This document shows positions 31,332 through 41,134 of a stretch of DNA of 64,000 nt, piece by piece (positions within the stretch are counted from its first letter, which is position 1; every line of letters starts with the position of its first letter). The notes beneath the pieces were generated by a model, which was not told the origin of the DNA, did not search any database, and saw only the letters and a list, made by a program, of their open reading frames with translations. The stretch lies in assembly GCA_963751755.1 (NCBI GenBank), contig CAVVVH010000004.1:261822-325821 (forward strand). Direction: 5' to 3'. This DNA comes from Candidatus Dormiibacterota bacterium (GTDB lineage Bacteria; Chloroflexota; Dormibacteria; Aeolococcales; Aeolococcaceae). The position numbers and the translations under genes were made by a program.

Positions 31332-32138
31332 GTGCAGGTGGCGTCGCTCGGGTACCGAACCGACCTCGCCATCCTGCGCCTCGGCGGCTCGCGCATCGAG
31401 GACCGCGGTGATCACCTCGTCGTCACCAGCGCGCACGCGCCGACGTACTGGTGGGGCAACTTTCTCCTGCTCGACGGCCTCCCTGCTCACGACGCGTGCC
31501 AGCACTGGCTCGACCGCTTCGCCAGCGCCTTCCCCGGCGCACAGCACGTCGCCATCGGGTTCGATGGAACAACGGGCGCGCTGTCGGACCTCCTGTGGTT
31601 CACCGCTCGCGGTTTCAGCGCCGAAGCGCTGGCGGTGATGACCACGAACACGGTGCGCATGCCCGCACACATGAACCGCGACGCCTCATGTCGCGAACTG
31701 CACACCGACGACGACTGGGTGGCGAGCGTGAACCTGCGCGTGCGTTGCGCCGACGGCGAGCGGCACGCCGCGACGTCCCGCGATTTCGACACAGCCCGCG
31801 CCCAGACCAACCGCCGCCTCACCGAGTCCGGCCACGGCAAGTGGTTCGGCGCATTCATCGACGACCGGCTCGTGGCCCAGCTCGGGTTGCTCGCGACGGG
31901 AGAAGGGCTCGCACGCTTCCAGTCGGTGGAAACCGATCCCGACTTCCGCCGCCGTGGGCTCGCCGCCACCCTCATCCACCACGCGGGTGCCTACGGACTG
32001 ACAGAGCTCGGAGTGGAAACGCTGGTGATCGTCGCCGACCCGACGTATGCGGCGATCAACCTGTACCGAGCGCTCGGCTTCGAGACGACAGAGACGCAAC
32101 TCCTCGTGGAACGCGCCCCAACGGCCCGCGATGACTGA
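31332..32138 (+). CDS. GNAT family N-acetyltransferase
   Basis: 268-aa intact ORF. The C-terminal acetyl-CoA-binding core VETDPDFRRRGLAATLIHHA (Q/RxxGxG/A type). Confidence 0.75.
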   Translation: MQVASLGYRTDLAILRLGGSRIEDRGDHLVVTSAHAPTYWWGNFLLLDGLPAHDACQHWLDRFASAFPGAQHVAIGFDGTTGALSDLLWFTARGFSAEALAVMTTNTVRMPAHMNRDASCRELHTDDDWVASVNLRVRCADGERHAATSRDFDTARAQTNRRLTESGHGKWFGAFIDDRLVAQLGLLATGEGLARFQSVETDPDFRRRGLAATLIHHAGAYGLTELGVETLVIVADPTYAAINLYRALGFETTETQLLVERAPTARDD

Positions 32139-32139
32139 A

Positions 32140-32283
32140 GGGACGTCGGCGAAGGGACGTCTCCGCAGAGCGAGTTCTGCAGCGGGCCGAGGACCGGAGA
32201 ACTCTCCAGGGGAGAGTTCGCAGGGACGCCAATGCCCGCGAAGCTTGTCTGAGCGCTAGGAGATGTCCCTTCGCCGACGTCCC
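32140..32283 (+). repeat. family-1 palindromic intergenic element, variant copy
   Basis: 25-nt arms at 32140-32164 and 32259-32283 pair at 24/25 positions plus one G-T. The core shares GAGTTCTGCAG, GCCAATG and GAAGCTTGTCTGAGCG with the copies at 36981 and 60245. It fills the gap between convergent stops at 32138 and 32294. Confidence 0.8.
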
Positions 32284-32293
32284 GGCTTGCTGG

Positions 32294-34963
32294 CTACAGC
32301 GCCTGCTTGTGCAGCTGCAGGATCGGCGCCACCGCGGGCTGTGGTGGCAGCGCGAGCAGGGCCAGGTCGACGCCACCGGCGGCGAGCATGCGCTCGATCG
32401 CCTCGGGCTTGACCGGGTGCGACAGGTGATAGCCCTGGCCGAGATGACAGCCGAGCTCGCGCAGGGTGATCAGCTGCTCGGTGGTCTCGATGCCCTCGGC
32501 GATCATGGTGAGGCGAAGCGCGTTGCCGATACCAACGATGGCGCGCGCGAAGTCGCCCTTGTCCTCGGTGTTGTGGAGGTCGTCGACGAATGGCTTGGCG
32601 ATCTTCAGGATGTCGACTGGGAGCCGGCGCAGGTAGCTCAGCGACGAGTAGCCGGTGCCGAAGTCGTCGATGGCGATGCGGATGCCGGTGCGCTTGAGCG
32701 CCTCGAGCTTGGCGATGCTGGCGGGCGCGTTGGCGTCGTCGAGAACCATGCTCTCGGTGAGCTCGAGCACAAGCGCAGATGGTGGCAGTCCCGACTCGGT
32801 GACCACCGCGAGCACCTCCTCGACGAAGCCTGGCTGCTGCAGCTGGCGCGCCGAGATGTTGACGCTGACCCACAGTGGCTGTGACGTGGGGTAGCGCTGG
32901 CGCCAGTCGAGCGTCTCAGCGCAGGCCTTGCGCAGGACGCGCGTGCCGAGCGCGAGGATCACGCCGGTCTCCTCGGCGGCGCTGATGAAGTCGTCGGGCG
33001 CGACCATGCCGCGGGTGGGATGGCGCCAGCGCACCAGCGCCTCGATGGCGGTGAGACGGCCGTCGGACATGTCGAAGATGGGCTGGTAGTGCACGCCGAA
33101 CTCGTCGGCGGCGATGGCGCGCTCGAGGTCGGCGCGGAGGCGGTGGCGGGCGACGATCTCGGCCTCCATGCCGGAGACGAAGAGCACGTGGCGGTGCTTG
33201 CCCGCTCCCTTGGCCGCGTACATGGCGACGTCGGCGTGCCGCATCAGCCGGCTGGCGCTGTCGGTGGCGTCGTCGGACACGGCGACCCCGATGGACGCGT
33301 GAACGGTGACCGTCTGGCCGGCGATCGCGAAGGGCTCGACCAGGGCCGCGAAGATGCGCTCCGCGACCGCCTCGGCCTCCATGGGGTCGTCGATGTCCTC
33401 GATGAGCACGGCGAACTCGTCTCCGCCGAGCCGGGCGGCCGTGTCCGGCCGGCGCAGCGAGGTGCGCAAACGCTCGGCGACACCGATGAGCAGCTGGTCG
33501 CCGGCGGAGTGGCCGAGGGTGTCGTTGACGGCCTTGAAGTCGTCGAGGTCGATGAACAGCACGGCGACCGGCTTGCCGGTACGGCTCCGGCGCAACAGGG
33601 CGTGGTCGATGCGGTCGCTGAACAGCGAGCGGTTGGCGAGGTCGGTGAGCGAATCGTGGAATGCCTGATGCGACAGCTGTTCCTGCAGGTCGGTGAGGCG
33701 CGCGATCGACTGCTCGAGGTGACCGTTCTCCAGCGTCGAGCTGGTCTGGATGGCGAGCGACTGGAACAGGTGCAGGTCGCGTTGGTCGAAGCTGCGCGCG
33801 GTGATGTGGCTGCCCACCATGAGGCTGCCGATCAGCCGCGAGCGTCCGCGCAGCAGCGCGACCATGGCGTGGTCGACGTGGCGCCGGCTGAGCACGTCGC
33901 GCGAGGTCGGCGACGCGCTGCTGCGGTCGAGGATCACACCGTCGGAGTCGGCCTCGAGGATGTCATCGAGGTCGTTGAGGTCGATGGGCACCATCACCTC
34001 GGTGCCGTCGGCGCCGCCCGAGCGCACCGTGGTTCGGTACGCCTTCTCCCCCGGGGATGACGGGTAGATGGTGAGCTGCGCGATCTCCGCCTCGAACATC
34101 TCGCGGGCACGGCCGATCAGCCCGACCAGAGCGTTCTCCAGCTCAGTGGAGTGGCTCAGCGCCTCGTCGGCGCCGCGCAGGAATTCTGCGACACGTCGCT
34201 CGCGCCGCTCGACCAGGAGCGCACGGTAGCCGCCCAGCAGAACGACGCCGAAGACCGCGACGAGGGCGACCCCCTTGGGGTCGAAGAGCAGCATCTCGGT
34301 GGCGATCAGTCCGTACGCCGCCGCCACGGCGGTGCCGATCCCGGTCAGGGCCATGTTCTGCAGCGCCAGGTCCCCGGGGACCACGCCGTCGTTGAGGCCG
34401 AGCGCGATGATGTTCGTGAGGCTGGTCAGCATGAGCACCATGGCGACCGTGAGCACAGCTCCATAGGCGCTGGTGCCGAGGTTGCCCGACGCGACGCCGC
34501 CGACAGTGGCGTGGAAGGTCAGGGTCGCCAGGGCGGAGAAGAAGCAGAACTGGGCGATGCTCAGCGTGGTCTCGGGACGGCGGATGTCACCGCGGCTGAC
34601 CGCGGCGGCGACCGCCCCCGCGAGGTAGCCGGCGATGATCGCCCAGCTCGGGGCGAAGAACAGGGATATCACCAGGGGAGCGGCCGACATCCCCAGCGGC
34701 GACGTGCTGCGCCGCGGGGCGACAGCGATCGGCCAGCGCTCGGTGATGAAGAAGAGCGCCGCCACGCCCCACACCGGAAGGTCGTAGCGGGTCGACACCA
34801 CCGGCAGCGGCAGCAGCATCTTGATCCACACCGCCACCGCGGGCACCATCAGCACCGTCGCGAAGAGTCGGAGTCGCACGGTGGGGCCGAACAGTGGGCC
34901 GTCCGGCGGCGACGCCTCGGCGGGCGTGGACGGGACGACCGGCTGCGCTGACACGAGGCTCAC
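32294..34963 (-). CDS. membrane-bound GAF/GGDEF/EAL protein (diguanylate cyclase/phosphodiesterase)
   Basis: 889-aa intact ORF. About 8 TM segments, a GAF-like region, GGDEF (RLGGDEFAVL) and EAL (IEALVRWRHP...DDFGTGYSSL) motifs. Confidence 0.9.
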   Translation of the reverse strand: MSLVSAQPVVPSTPAEASPPDGPLFGPTVRLRLFATVLMVPAVAVWIKMLLPLPVVSTRYDLPVWGVAALFFITERWPIAVAPRRSTSPLGMSAAPLVISLFFAPSWAIIAGYLAGAVAAAVSRGDIRRPETTLSIAQFCFFSALATLTFHATVGGVASGNLGTSAYGAVLTVAMVLMLTSLTNIIALGLNDGVVPGDLALQNMALTGIGTAVAAAYGLIATEMLLFDPKGVALVAVFGVVLLGGYRALLVERRERRVAEFLRGADEALSHSTELENALVGLIGRAREMFEAEIAQLTIYPSSPGEKAYRTTVRSGGADGTEVMVPIDLNDLDDILEADSDGVILDRSSASPTSRDVLSRRHVDHAMVALLRGRSRLIGSLMVGSHITARSFDQRDLHLFQSLAIQTSSTLENGHLEQSIARLTDLQEQLSHQAFHDSLTDLANRSLFSDRIDHALLRRSRTGKPVAVLFIDLDDFKAVNDTLGHSAGDQLLIGVAERLRTSLRRPDTAARLGGDEFAVLIEDIDDPMEAEAVAERIFAALVEPFAIAGQTVTVHASIGVAVSDDATDSASRLMRHADVAMYAAKGAGKHRHVLFVSGMEAEIVARHRLRADLERAIAADEFGVHYQPIFDMSDGRLTAIEALVRWRHPTRGMVAPDDFISAAEETGVILALGTRVLRKACAETLDWRQRYPTSQPLWVSVNISARQLQQPGFVEEVLAVVTESGLPPSALVLELTESMVLDDANAPASIAKLEALKRTGIRIAIDDFGTGYSSLSYLRRLPVDILKIAKPFVDDLHNTEDKGDFARAIVGIGNALRLTMIAEGIETTEQLITLRELGCHLGQGYHLSHPVKPEAIERMLAAGGVDLALLALPPQPAVAPILQLHKQAL

Positions 34964-35080
34964 AGAACTCCTTCTTCGGGGGACCCTTTCGCCATTCTCG
35001 GCAGCGCCTCCCCCAGGCTCGTCACAGCGTGGTTACTGTTTGACGATCGAGGGCGACGGTGTCCCTACACCGGAGGGCGA

Positions 35081-36055
35081 ATGGCCGCGGAGATCCTGGT
35101 CGGCACCTGCAACTGGGCCGATCACAAGGAGTTCTACCCACCCGAGCTCGAGCGCGGACGGCGCCAGCGCGAGAAGCTCGACTACTACGCGCGGTTCTTC
35201 CCGATGGTGGAGATCGACACGAGCTTCTACGGCATCCCCAAGCCGGAGGTGGTCGACAGCTGGATCGGCCGCACGCCAGACCGCTTTCGTTTCAACATCA
35301 AGGCCTTCCGCAGCCTGACCCGGCACGAGCGCGAGGCCGGCCGGCCGCGACCGCCGACAGACGACGAGGTGCGTGATTTCCTGGCCGCGCTGTCACCGCT
35401 GCGCGACAGCGGACGGCTCGGCGCGGTGCACTACCAGTTTCCTCCGTGGTTCACCAATCGCCCCGAGGCACGCGACGTGCTGCTGGAGACTCGGGACCGC
35501 CACCCCGACGACATCGTCGCCATCGAGTTCCGCCACCGCAGCTGGTTCGACAACGACGCATGGCCGGCGACGGAGGACCTGCTGCGCGAGCTCGACTGCG
35601 TCTACGTCGGCGTCGACGCACCGCAGCTCGGCAGCGGCACCGCGCCCCCGATCCTGGCGATCACGTCGCCGAAGCTGTGCATCGCACGCTTCCACGGCCG
35701 CAATCGCAAGACGTGGTACCGGCCGGACGGCCCCACCAGCGACTACCGGTTCAACTACCTGTACACGCCGCGCGAGCTCGAGGAGTGGGTCCCGGCGATC
35801 CGCGAGGCTTCGGACCGCGGCACGCCGGTGCACGTGCTGCTCAACAACAACCGCAGCAACTACGCGGTGGTCAACGCGTTCGACTTCGGGCACCTCCTCG
35901 ACCTGCCCCTGCCCCGCCCGCCGGAGCCGATCATCGAACGGATGGTGGAGCGGGACGGTGCTGCTCCCGGCTGGGTGAGGGAGGCGCCACCGCCACCTGC
36001 GCCGGAGTCATCGGAACCGGCGTCCGGTCAGGCCACCCTCGATCTCGGCGCCTGA
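35081..36055 (+). CDS. DUF72 domain-containing protein
   Basis: 324-aa intact ORF with a GGAGGG RBS. The family-typical VGTCNWAD...YARFFPMVEIDTSFY...HYQFPPWF layout is present. Confidence 0.8.
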   Translation: MAAEILVGTCNWADHKEFYPPELERGRRQREKLDYYARFFPMVEIDTSFYGIPKPEVVDSWIGRTPDRFRFNIKAFRSLTRHEREAGRPRPPTDDEVRDFLAALSPLRDSGRLGAVHYQFPPWFTNRPEARDVLLETRDRHPDDIVAIEFRHRSWFDNDAWPATEDLLRELDCVYVGVDAPQLGSGTAPPILAITSPKLCIARFHGRNRKTWYRPDGPTSDYRFNYLYTPRELEEWVPAIREASDRGTPVHVLLNNNRSNYAVVNAFDFGHLLDLPLPRPPEPIIERMVERDGAAPGWVREAPPPPAPESSEPASGQATLDLGA

Positions 36056-36201
36056 CCCGGCCGCCCCTTCCGTCGCGGGCCGATTTGCGCCACAATTGCG
36101 GTTGACCGCTGGTGTTTCCGCAGCCGGTTCGCTGCACGAGCAGGCGATCGCCTTCGCCCGCCGTCCACCGGCTCATCGGCTTTCGCAGGAGGGTTCTCGC
36201 A

Positions 36202-36456
36202 ATGGCAATGGCGTCCCCCCGACGCAATGACGGCGCGCGCCGTCCAGCGCCCAGCGGCATGGTCCTGCGCAACGACAACGACACCCACGAGGTGGAGGTG
36301 GCCAAGGCCCTGAACCAGTGGGCGGTGACCGTCACCGCCCTGGCCGACAACCGGCTGATCTGCCAGGACTTCTTCGCCCGCCGCTGGGAGGCCGTGGCCC
36401 GCGCCGAGGACTTCGTGCGCCTTCTCAACCGGACCGAGCCACCTCCAGGCTGGTGA
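36202..36456 (+). CDS. small hypothetical protein
   Basis: Track ORF 36112..36456 trimmed to ATG 36202, which lies 8 nt after AGGAGGG. No recognisable domain. The stop overlaps the next start (GTGA). Confidence 0.45.
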   Translation: MAMASPRRNDGARRPAPSGMVLRNDNDTHEVEVAKALNQWAVTVTALADNRLICQDFFARRWEAVARAEDFVRLLNRTEPPPGW

Positions 36457-36974
36457 GCTCGGCCGCTCCGGGCGACAACGCGAACGCCGCGCTGCCCAAG
36501 CGCATCCGCCACCACTACCTCTACAGCTTCCAGGACGCCCGGCGCGAGCGGCTCTTCCTCTCGTCAATCGGCTTCGACCTCGGCGCGATCTCGGCGCGGG
36601 TGATCACCCACATGATCCGCCGGGGCATCGGGCCCTTCCACAACCTCTCGCGCAACGGCCGCCACCTCCACCACCTGGTCTTCGGGATCGGTGGCCTGCT
36701 CGCCACCGGTTACCTCTGGCTGGTCATCGCCGACGACGCCGAGCAGCAGCTCCCCATCCATCGGGCCACGGCCTTCGTGTACGGGATCGGCTCTGCGCTG
36801 ACGCTCGACGAGTTCGCGCTCTGGCTCGACCTCGAGGACGTCTATTGGACCGAGCAGGGCAAGGTCAGCGTCCAGGCCCTGATGATCTTCGGAGGGCTGC
36901 TCTCCATCGGGGTCTGGGGCGGGCCCTTCCTCAAGGACATCGTCAAGGAGATGGCGCCGAAGAAGGCACCGTAA
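36453..36974 (+). CDS. integral membrane protein of unknown function
   Basis: GTG 36453 is coupled to the upstream stop. There are three to four hydrophobic segments. Track ORF 36318..36974 was trimmed. Confidence 0.5.
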   Translation: MSSAAPGDNANAALPKRIRHHYLYSFQDARRERLFLSSIGFDLGAISARVITHMIRRGIGPFHNLSRNGRHLHHLVFGIGGLLATGYLWLVIADDAEQQLPIHRATAFVYGIGSALTLDEFALWLDLEDVYWTEQGKVSVQALMIFGGLLSIGVWGGPFLKDIVKEMAPKKAP

Positions 36975-36980
36975 GGCACG

Positions 36981-37121
36981 GGGAGTTCGCTCGGGCACAT
37001 CTCCTTGCTGCTCAGACAAGCTTCGGCGCCGTTGGCGGCGCAGACGAACGCTATTCGCGTCCGTCTGGGCCTCGGGCGCCTGCAGAACTCGCGCTGCGGA
37101 GATGTGCCCGAGCGAACTCCC
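36981..37121 (-). repeat. family-1 palindromic intergenic element, inverted orientation
   Basis: The arms 36981-37004 and 37098-37121 form 24 perfect base pairs. The reverse complement of the core is nearly identical to 60271-60365. The element starts 7 nt after TAA 36972-36974. Confidence 0.85.
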
Positions 37122-37246
37122 TACCGAATGCGGATCTTCGACGGACAGCTTCGTCGCTGCCTTGAGGGCTCTCTTGGCTGGGGCGTCGCTCGCAACGTGT
37201 TTCGGTTGCTTGACATCGTCCCCTGCGGCCTCGACGCTGTCGCGTC

Positions 37247-37549
37247 GTGCGATTTCGGCTCCGTCCGCGGCCATTCAGTCGGCCATGCTTCCTCTTGGTC
37301 TTTCCCCTCTGCGCTGCGGCGCTCGTCGCGTGCAACTCGGTCAACCCACCCGGCGGCGGGGCCTCACCGACCGGTGGAATCACCATCGTGCCGGGCCGGC
37401 TGTCCCCCTCGGAATTCGCGTCCCTCTTTGACGGCATGCACATCTGCCTGGCGACCGCGACTCCGCATGGGAACCAGCTGGCGTCCTGCGCACCCGTCAG
37501 CGAGGCCCCTGCTCAGAGCCTGCCGGCGTTTGCAACGCTCACGCCCTGA
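37247..37549 (+). CDS. small putative lipoprotein
   Basis: 100-aa ORF whose N-terminus MRFRLRPRPFSRPCFLLVFPLCAAALVAC carries a canonical lipobox L-V-A-C. No other domain recognised. Confidence 0.45.
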   Translation: MRFRLRPRPFSRPCFLLVFPLCAAALVACNSVNPPGGGASPTGGITIVPGRLSPSEFASLFDGMHICLATATPHGNQLASCAPVSEAPAQSLPAFATLTP

Positions 37550-37629
37550 GCCGAGCGACGACTGTCCTCATCGCCGAGTTGCTCCGAGCGCTCTGAGCCG
37601 CGATCGACCGCGCGCCGGCGAAGCCTGTG

Positions 37630-38259
37630 TCAGCGCTGGGGAGTGTCGCCGCCCGGCTTCTCGGCGACTTCCCGTCCTTCGCTGACCGGGTCCTCAGTGG
37701 GCTGCCCAGCAGCCATCTCGCGGGGGAACTCGACGGTGCAGACGACGAATGCGCCGTCCCTCCAGATCGTGAGGATCATGGTGTCGCCGGGGTGGCGGGC
37801 CGCCACCGCGGTGCGGAACTGGTCGGCGCCGCCGGTCAGGGTGTAGCCGCCTATGGCGGTGATCACATCCCCGGTGCGCACTCCCGCCTCGGCGGCGGGC
37901 GAGCCCTCATGGACGGGGCCGACCTCGACGCCGAAGGCCGCTGCCAGACCGCGGTCCCTGGCGATGTCGACGGTCACGGCACGAACCGCGGCCCCGAACG
38001 AGACGCCGGGGCCCTCCTCCTCGGGGCGCGGGAGGAAGCGGGCCAGCTGGACGGGGTCGAAGCCCACGATCATCCGCTCGTCGATGACCAGCGCCGGCAC
38101 CGCCACCCGGCCGAGTCGCCCGAAGAGGATCGCGCTCGCCGACGGATCGGTGGTGACGTCGCGCGTGGTGTAGGCGAGGCCGCGCTGGTCGAGGTAGCGG
38201 AGCATGGCCTCGGACTGCGCGTCCCCGCCCCGGATGAAGACGGTGATCTGGCCGGCCAT
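37630..38259 (-). CDS. glutaredoxin-fold (no CxxC) plus PDZ domain protein
   Basis: Track ORF 37630..38775 trimmed to ATG 38259, 1 nt after the helicase stop. The N-terminal ITVFIRGGDAQSEAMLRYLDQRG...VPALVIDERMIVGF has the Grx/NrdH fold pattern but lacks the cysteines. The C-terminal GVEVGPVHEGSPAAEAGVRTGDVITAIGG is a PDZ core. Confidence 0.7.
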   Translation of the reverse strand: MAGQITVFIRGGDAQSEAMLRYLDQRGLAYTTRDVTTDPSASAILFGRLGRVAVPALVIDERMIVGFDPVQLARFLPRPEEEGPGVSFGAAVRAVTVDIARDRGLAAAFGVEVGPVHEGSPAAEAGVRTGDVITAIGGYTLTGGADQFRTAVAARHPGDTMILTIWRDGAFVVCTVEFPREMAAGQPTEDPVSEGREVAEKPGGDTPQR

Positions 38260-38260
38260 G

Positions 38261-41028
38261 TCAGCCCGTGGCCGCAGGAGGCAGCTCGACGGGAGCGGCA
38301 CCGCCTTCACCGCCCGTCTGGCCACCCTGGCCGCCTCCGCCACCGCGGCGACGGCGGCGGCGGCGGGGCCGGAAGCTCTGCGTCTCCCCACCGGGGGCGA
38401 AGTGCAGCGCGCCCTGGCCGGTCGAGCCGTCGGCGATGGCCGCCGGAGCCCCTTCGGCGCCCGGGACACCGGCGCCCGTCCCCCGGCCACGACGGCGACG
38501 GCGGCGGCGGCGGCGGATCGGCTCGCCGTCTGGACCGAGCTGGGGTGGTCCGGCCTCCGCAGCAGCAGCCTGGCCGGGGTCGCCGGCCACCTGCGGCACG
38601 CCCGCGCCCACGCCTTGACCACGGCGGCGGCGGCGGCGGCGCCGCCGGGCGGGGCCCTCCTCGCCCTCCACGGCGGGCAGCGGCTGGCCGTCCTCGCCGA
38701 GACGTGGCTGCGCAGGGGCGCCCCCGCGGCGGCGCTGGCGCTGCGGCTTGCCCGGGCTGACGATGTCGAGCGCACTGAGCCAGCCGCCGGTGGAGCGGGC
38801 GGCCTCGACGAGCTCGCCGTACATCGACTCCTCGCCGGCGCGAAGTGTGGCGCTGTCGCCGATGCACGCGACGAGGTGCTTGGCGCGTGAGATGGCCACG
38901 TTGAGCCGGTTGGGGACGCGCAGGAAACCGATGCGACCGCGCTCGTTGGAGCGCACCAGCGAGATGACGACCATGTCCTCCTCGCGGCCCTCGAAGGAGT
39001 CGACCGTGTCGATCTTCACCGGCCGCTTGAAGCGGCGCCGGCCGAGCGCCTGGCGTAGTCGCTCCACCTGCTCGGCGTACATCGCGATCACCGCCATGCT
39101 CATCTCGCGCGGCGCGCGCTCGTCGAGCAGGCGCACCACCTGCGCGGCGACGCGAACCTCGGCCTCGTTGCGCAGCGCGCCACCCGGACCGCGGCGCTCG
39201 CGGCCGCCGCGCATTCCCTCGGTGTCGACGAAGTGCAGCGCCACCGGGAACGGTGTGCGGGTGACGTACGAGTACGCCTGCACCTCGGGCGCGTCCTGGA
39301 GCTGGCCGTCGTAGCTCGCCGCCGAGACATACGCGGCGATGTCGGGATGCATGCGGTGCTGGATGGTGAGCAGGCAGCGTGCCGACTCGGGCAGGCCACC
39401 CTCCCACGCCTGCTCGAAGAGGCTTCTGTTGACAAGGGTTTCCAGCGCCTCGTCGCTCTCGACGATGCCGTAGAGCGCGTCGTCCTCGACCGGGGGCAGC
39501 TGCTTGTGGTCGCCCGACCAGCGCCAGCGCCGAACCGAGGCGCAGCGCGGGCAGCGCCTCGTCGACACGAGCCTTGTTGGCCTCGTCGAGGATGACGATG
39601 TCGAAGTTCATGTCGGTGATCGCCGACGTCGCGGCGGTCGCGCAGGTGGCGAAGTAGCAGTTGGCCTCGAGCAGTCGCGGGTCGTCCTCGTCGTCGCAGC
39701 GGAAGCGCTCGACGGTGGGGTGCACGCGCTCGGCGCGGGCCACGCGCACCGCGCGCATCCCCGGCGTTCCGGCGAGCCGCTCGAGCGCGTTGTCGACGGC
39801 GAGGTTGCTGTGCGAGGTCACCAGGATGCGCTCGTCCGGGTTGGCGGCGAGGCGGCGCTTGATGGCCTCGACGATGACCGTCGTCTTGCCGGTGCCCGGC
39901 GGGCCCCTGGATGAACACCGCCTCGCCGGCGGCGAGCGAGCCGAGCAGCGCGACGGCGCGGTCCTGCGGAGGGTTGGCCATCATCCCCTCGGTCAGCCAC
40001 TCGTGCGCGTTCTCGTCCTCGGTGTACAGCGGCGCGGTCACCCACTGCGGGGACACCATCAGCTGGGCGAGCAGGCCCACCCCGAAGTCGCGCGTGGCGA
40101 TCGCCGCCAGCACGCTGCGCTTGGCCTGGTACAGCGCCTTGTTGAACGACGGGGTGATCGTGCCCTCGCTGCCGGCGTGCTCGAAGGTGCGGCAGGTGAC
40201 CTCGACGGTGTGCCGGTGGTGGTCGATGCGCGAGACGCGGCCGACGAAGTTGGGCTCGTCCTCGGGCTCGACGAGCACCGCCGCGTCCGGGGTGAGGTTG
40301 ATCTGCTCGCTCTCGGGGACGGTGAACTCCACCTTGCCGACCTCGGGCTGGCGGCGGTCGGCGTCGGTGAACTCGTGGCCGCACGACGGGCAGCGCTCGT
40401 GGTCGGCGGGACGCCACAGCGCCCGGCAGCGCTTGCAGCGCCAGTACTCCTTGGCCGCGATGAAGTGGGTGCGCTGGGTGGCGGCGCGGCCGCGCTCGGC
40501 CTTCTCGAGGCTGTCGACGAGCTTCAGCGCCGCGTACAGCTCCGCGGACTTCGCGGCCGCGGCGCTGGCCGCGCGCCAGTCGAGGAGGCGGCGGGTGTCG
40601 CTGGCCACGCCGTTGGCGGCGGTGACGATCGGGGTGCGCGCGGTGACGGTCAGCACCTTGCTGCCGTCGGGGTGGTCCATCGCCGGCCGCATCGACAGCA
40701 CGCGCAGGGCGAGGTGGTCGGGGTCGTGGTCCGGCGACTCCTGGGGGACGCACTCCAGGGTCAGGTCGGGCAGCGCCACGCGCAACTGCGGTGGCTCCTC
40801 GTCGCCGAAGGACACGGTGAGGTGACCGACCTCGCTGATCCTCTGGGCGAAGAGGTCGCGCGGGTCGGCGTCCTTCGCATCCCCGTCCGCGAGCGTGGTG
40901 AGCACCACCATGGCGTCACTGCCGTCGGGCACGATGAGATGGAGACGGTCGAGAGCGAGGTCCGGGGATATCAGTCGGACGGTCAAACCTCGAACGCCGG
41001 TGGGGTGCAGTCCCCCGGCGTCATGCAT
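38261..41028 (-). CDS. SF1 helicase of the Upf1/DNA2 (AAA_11/AAA_12) type with an N-terminal zinc-ribbon region and an Arg-rich repetitive tail, 2 frame switches
   Basis: N-terminal 420 aa are in ORF 39100..42042 (includes CKRC...CPSC). The Walker A GPAGTGKT is restored by removing one C of CCC 39895-39897. Motif II DIVILDEA is in ORF 38307..39821, and the remaining motifs (GDHKQLPP, IQHRMHPDI, TVDSFEGRE, VAISRAK) are in ORF 38261..39568. The tail has three [17 protein letters not shown] units. The start is uncertain (ATG 41028, or a GTG about 45 nt upstream). Confidence 0.8.
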
Positions 41029-41134
41029 CCGGTTCGGGATGGATTCGGGCGTCAGCGCAAGCAGCGACACTGCTCTGACGGCGTGGCGGCCGCACTGGCC
41101 GCGCAGCGGTTCCCGAAGGCTCCCGCGTGCCCTG

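Noticed and set aside
38270-38700. Short tandem DNA repeats (CGG/GCC-rich, about 100-nt periodicity), and the similar repetitive block at 47430..47590, checked as possible CRISPR or VNTR arrays
   Set aside because: Both lie inside coding sequence and encode low-complexity protein: the Arg-repeat tail of the helicase and the (T/P)n stalk of the surface protein. There is no repeat-spacer architecture and no cas genes.
38261-41028. Helicase as part of a known anti-phage system (for example Mokosh-like COG1112 helicase plus PLD nuclease), or the two methyltransferases (50647-51403, 55267-56186) as restriction-modification systems
   Set aside because: No nuclease (PLD, HNH, REase-fold), specificity subunit or other defence gene is recognisable next to any of them. 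The neighbours are metabolic or housekeeping genes.
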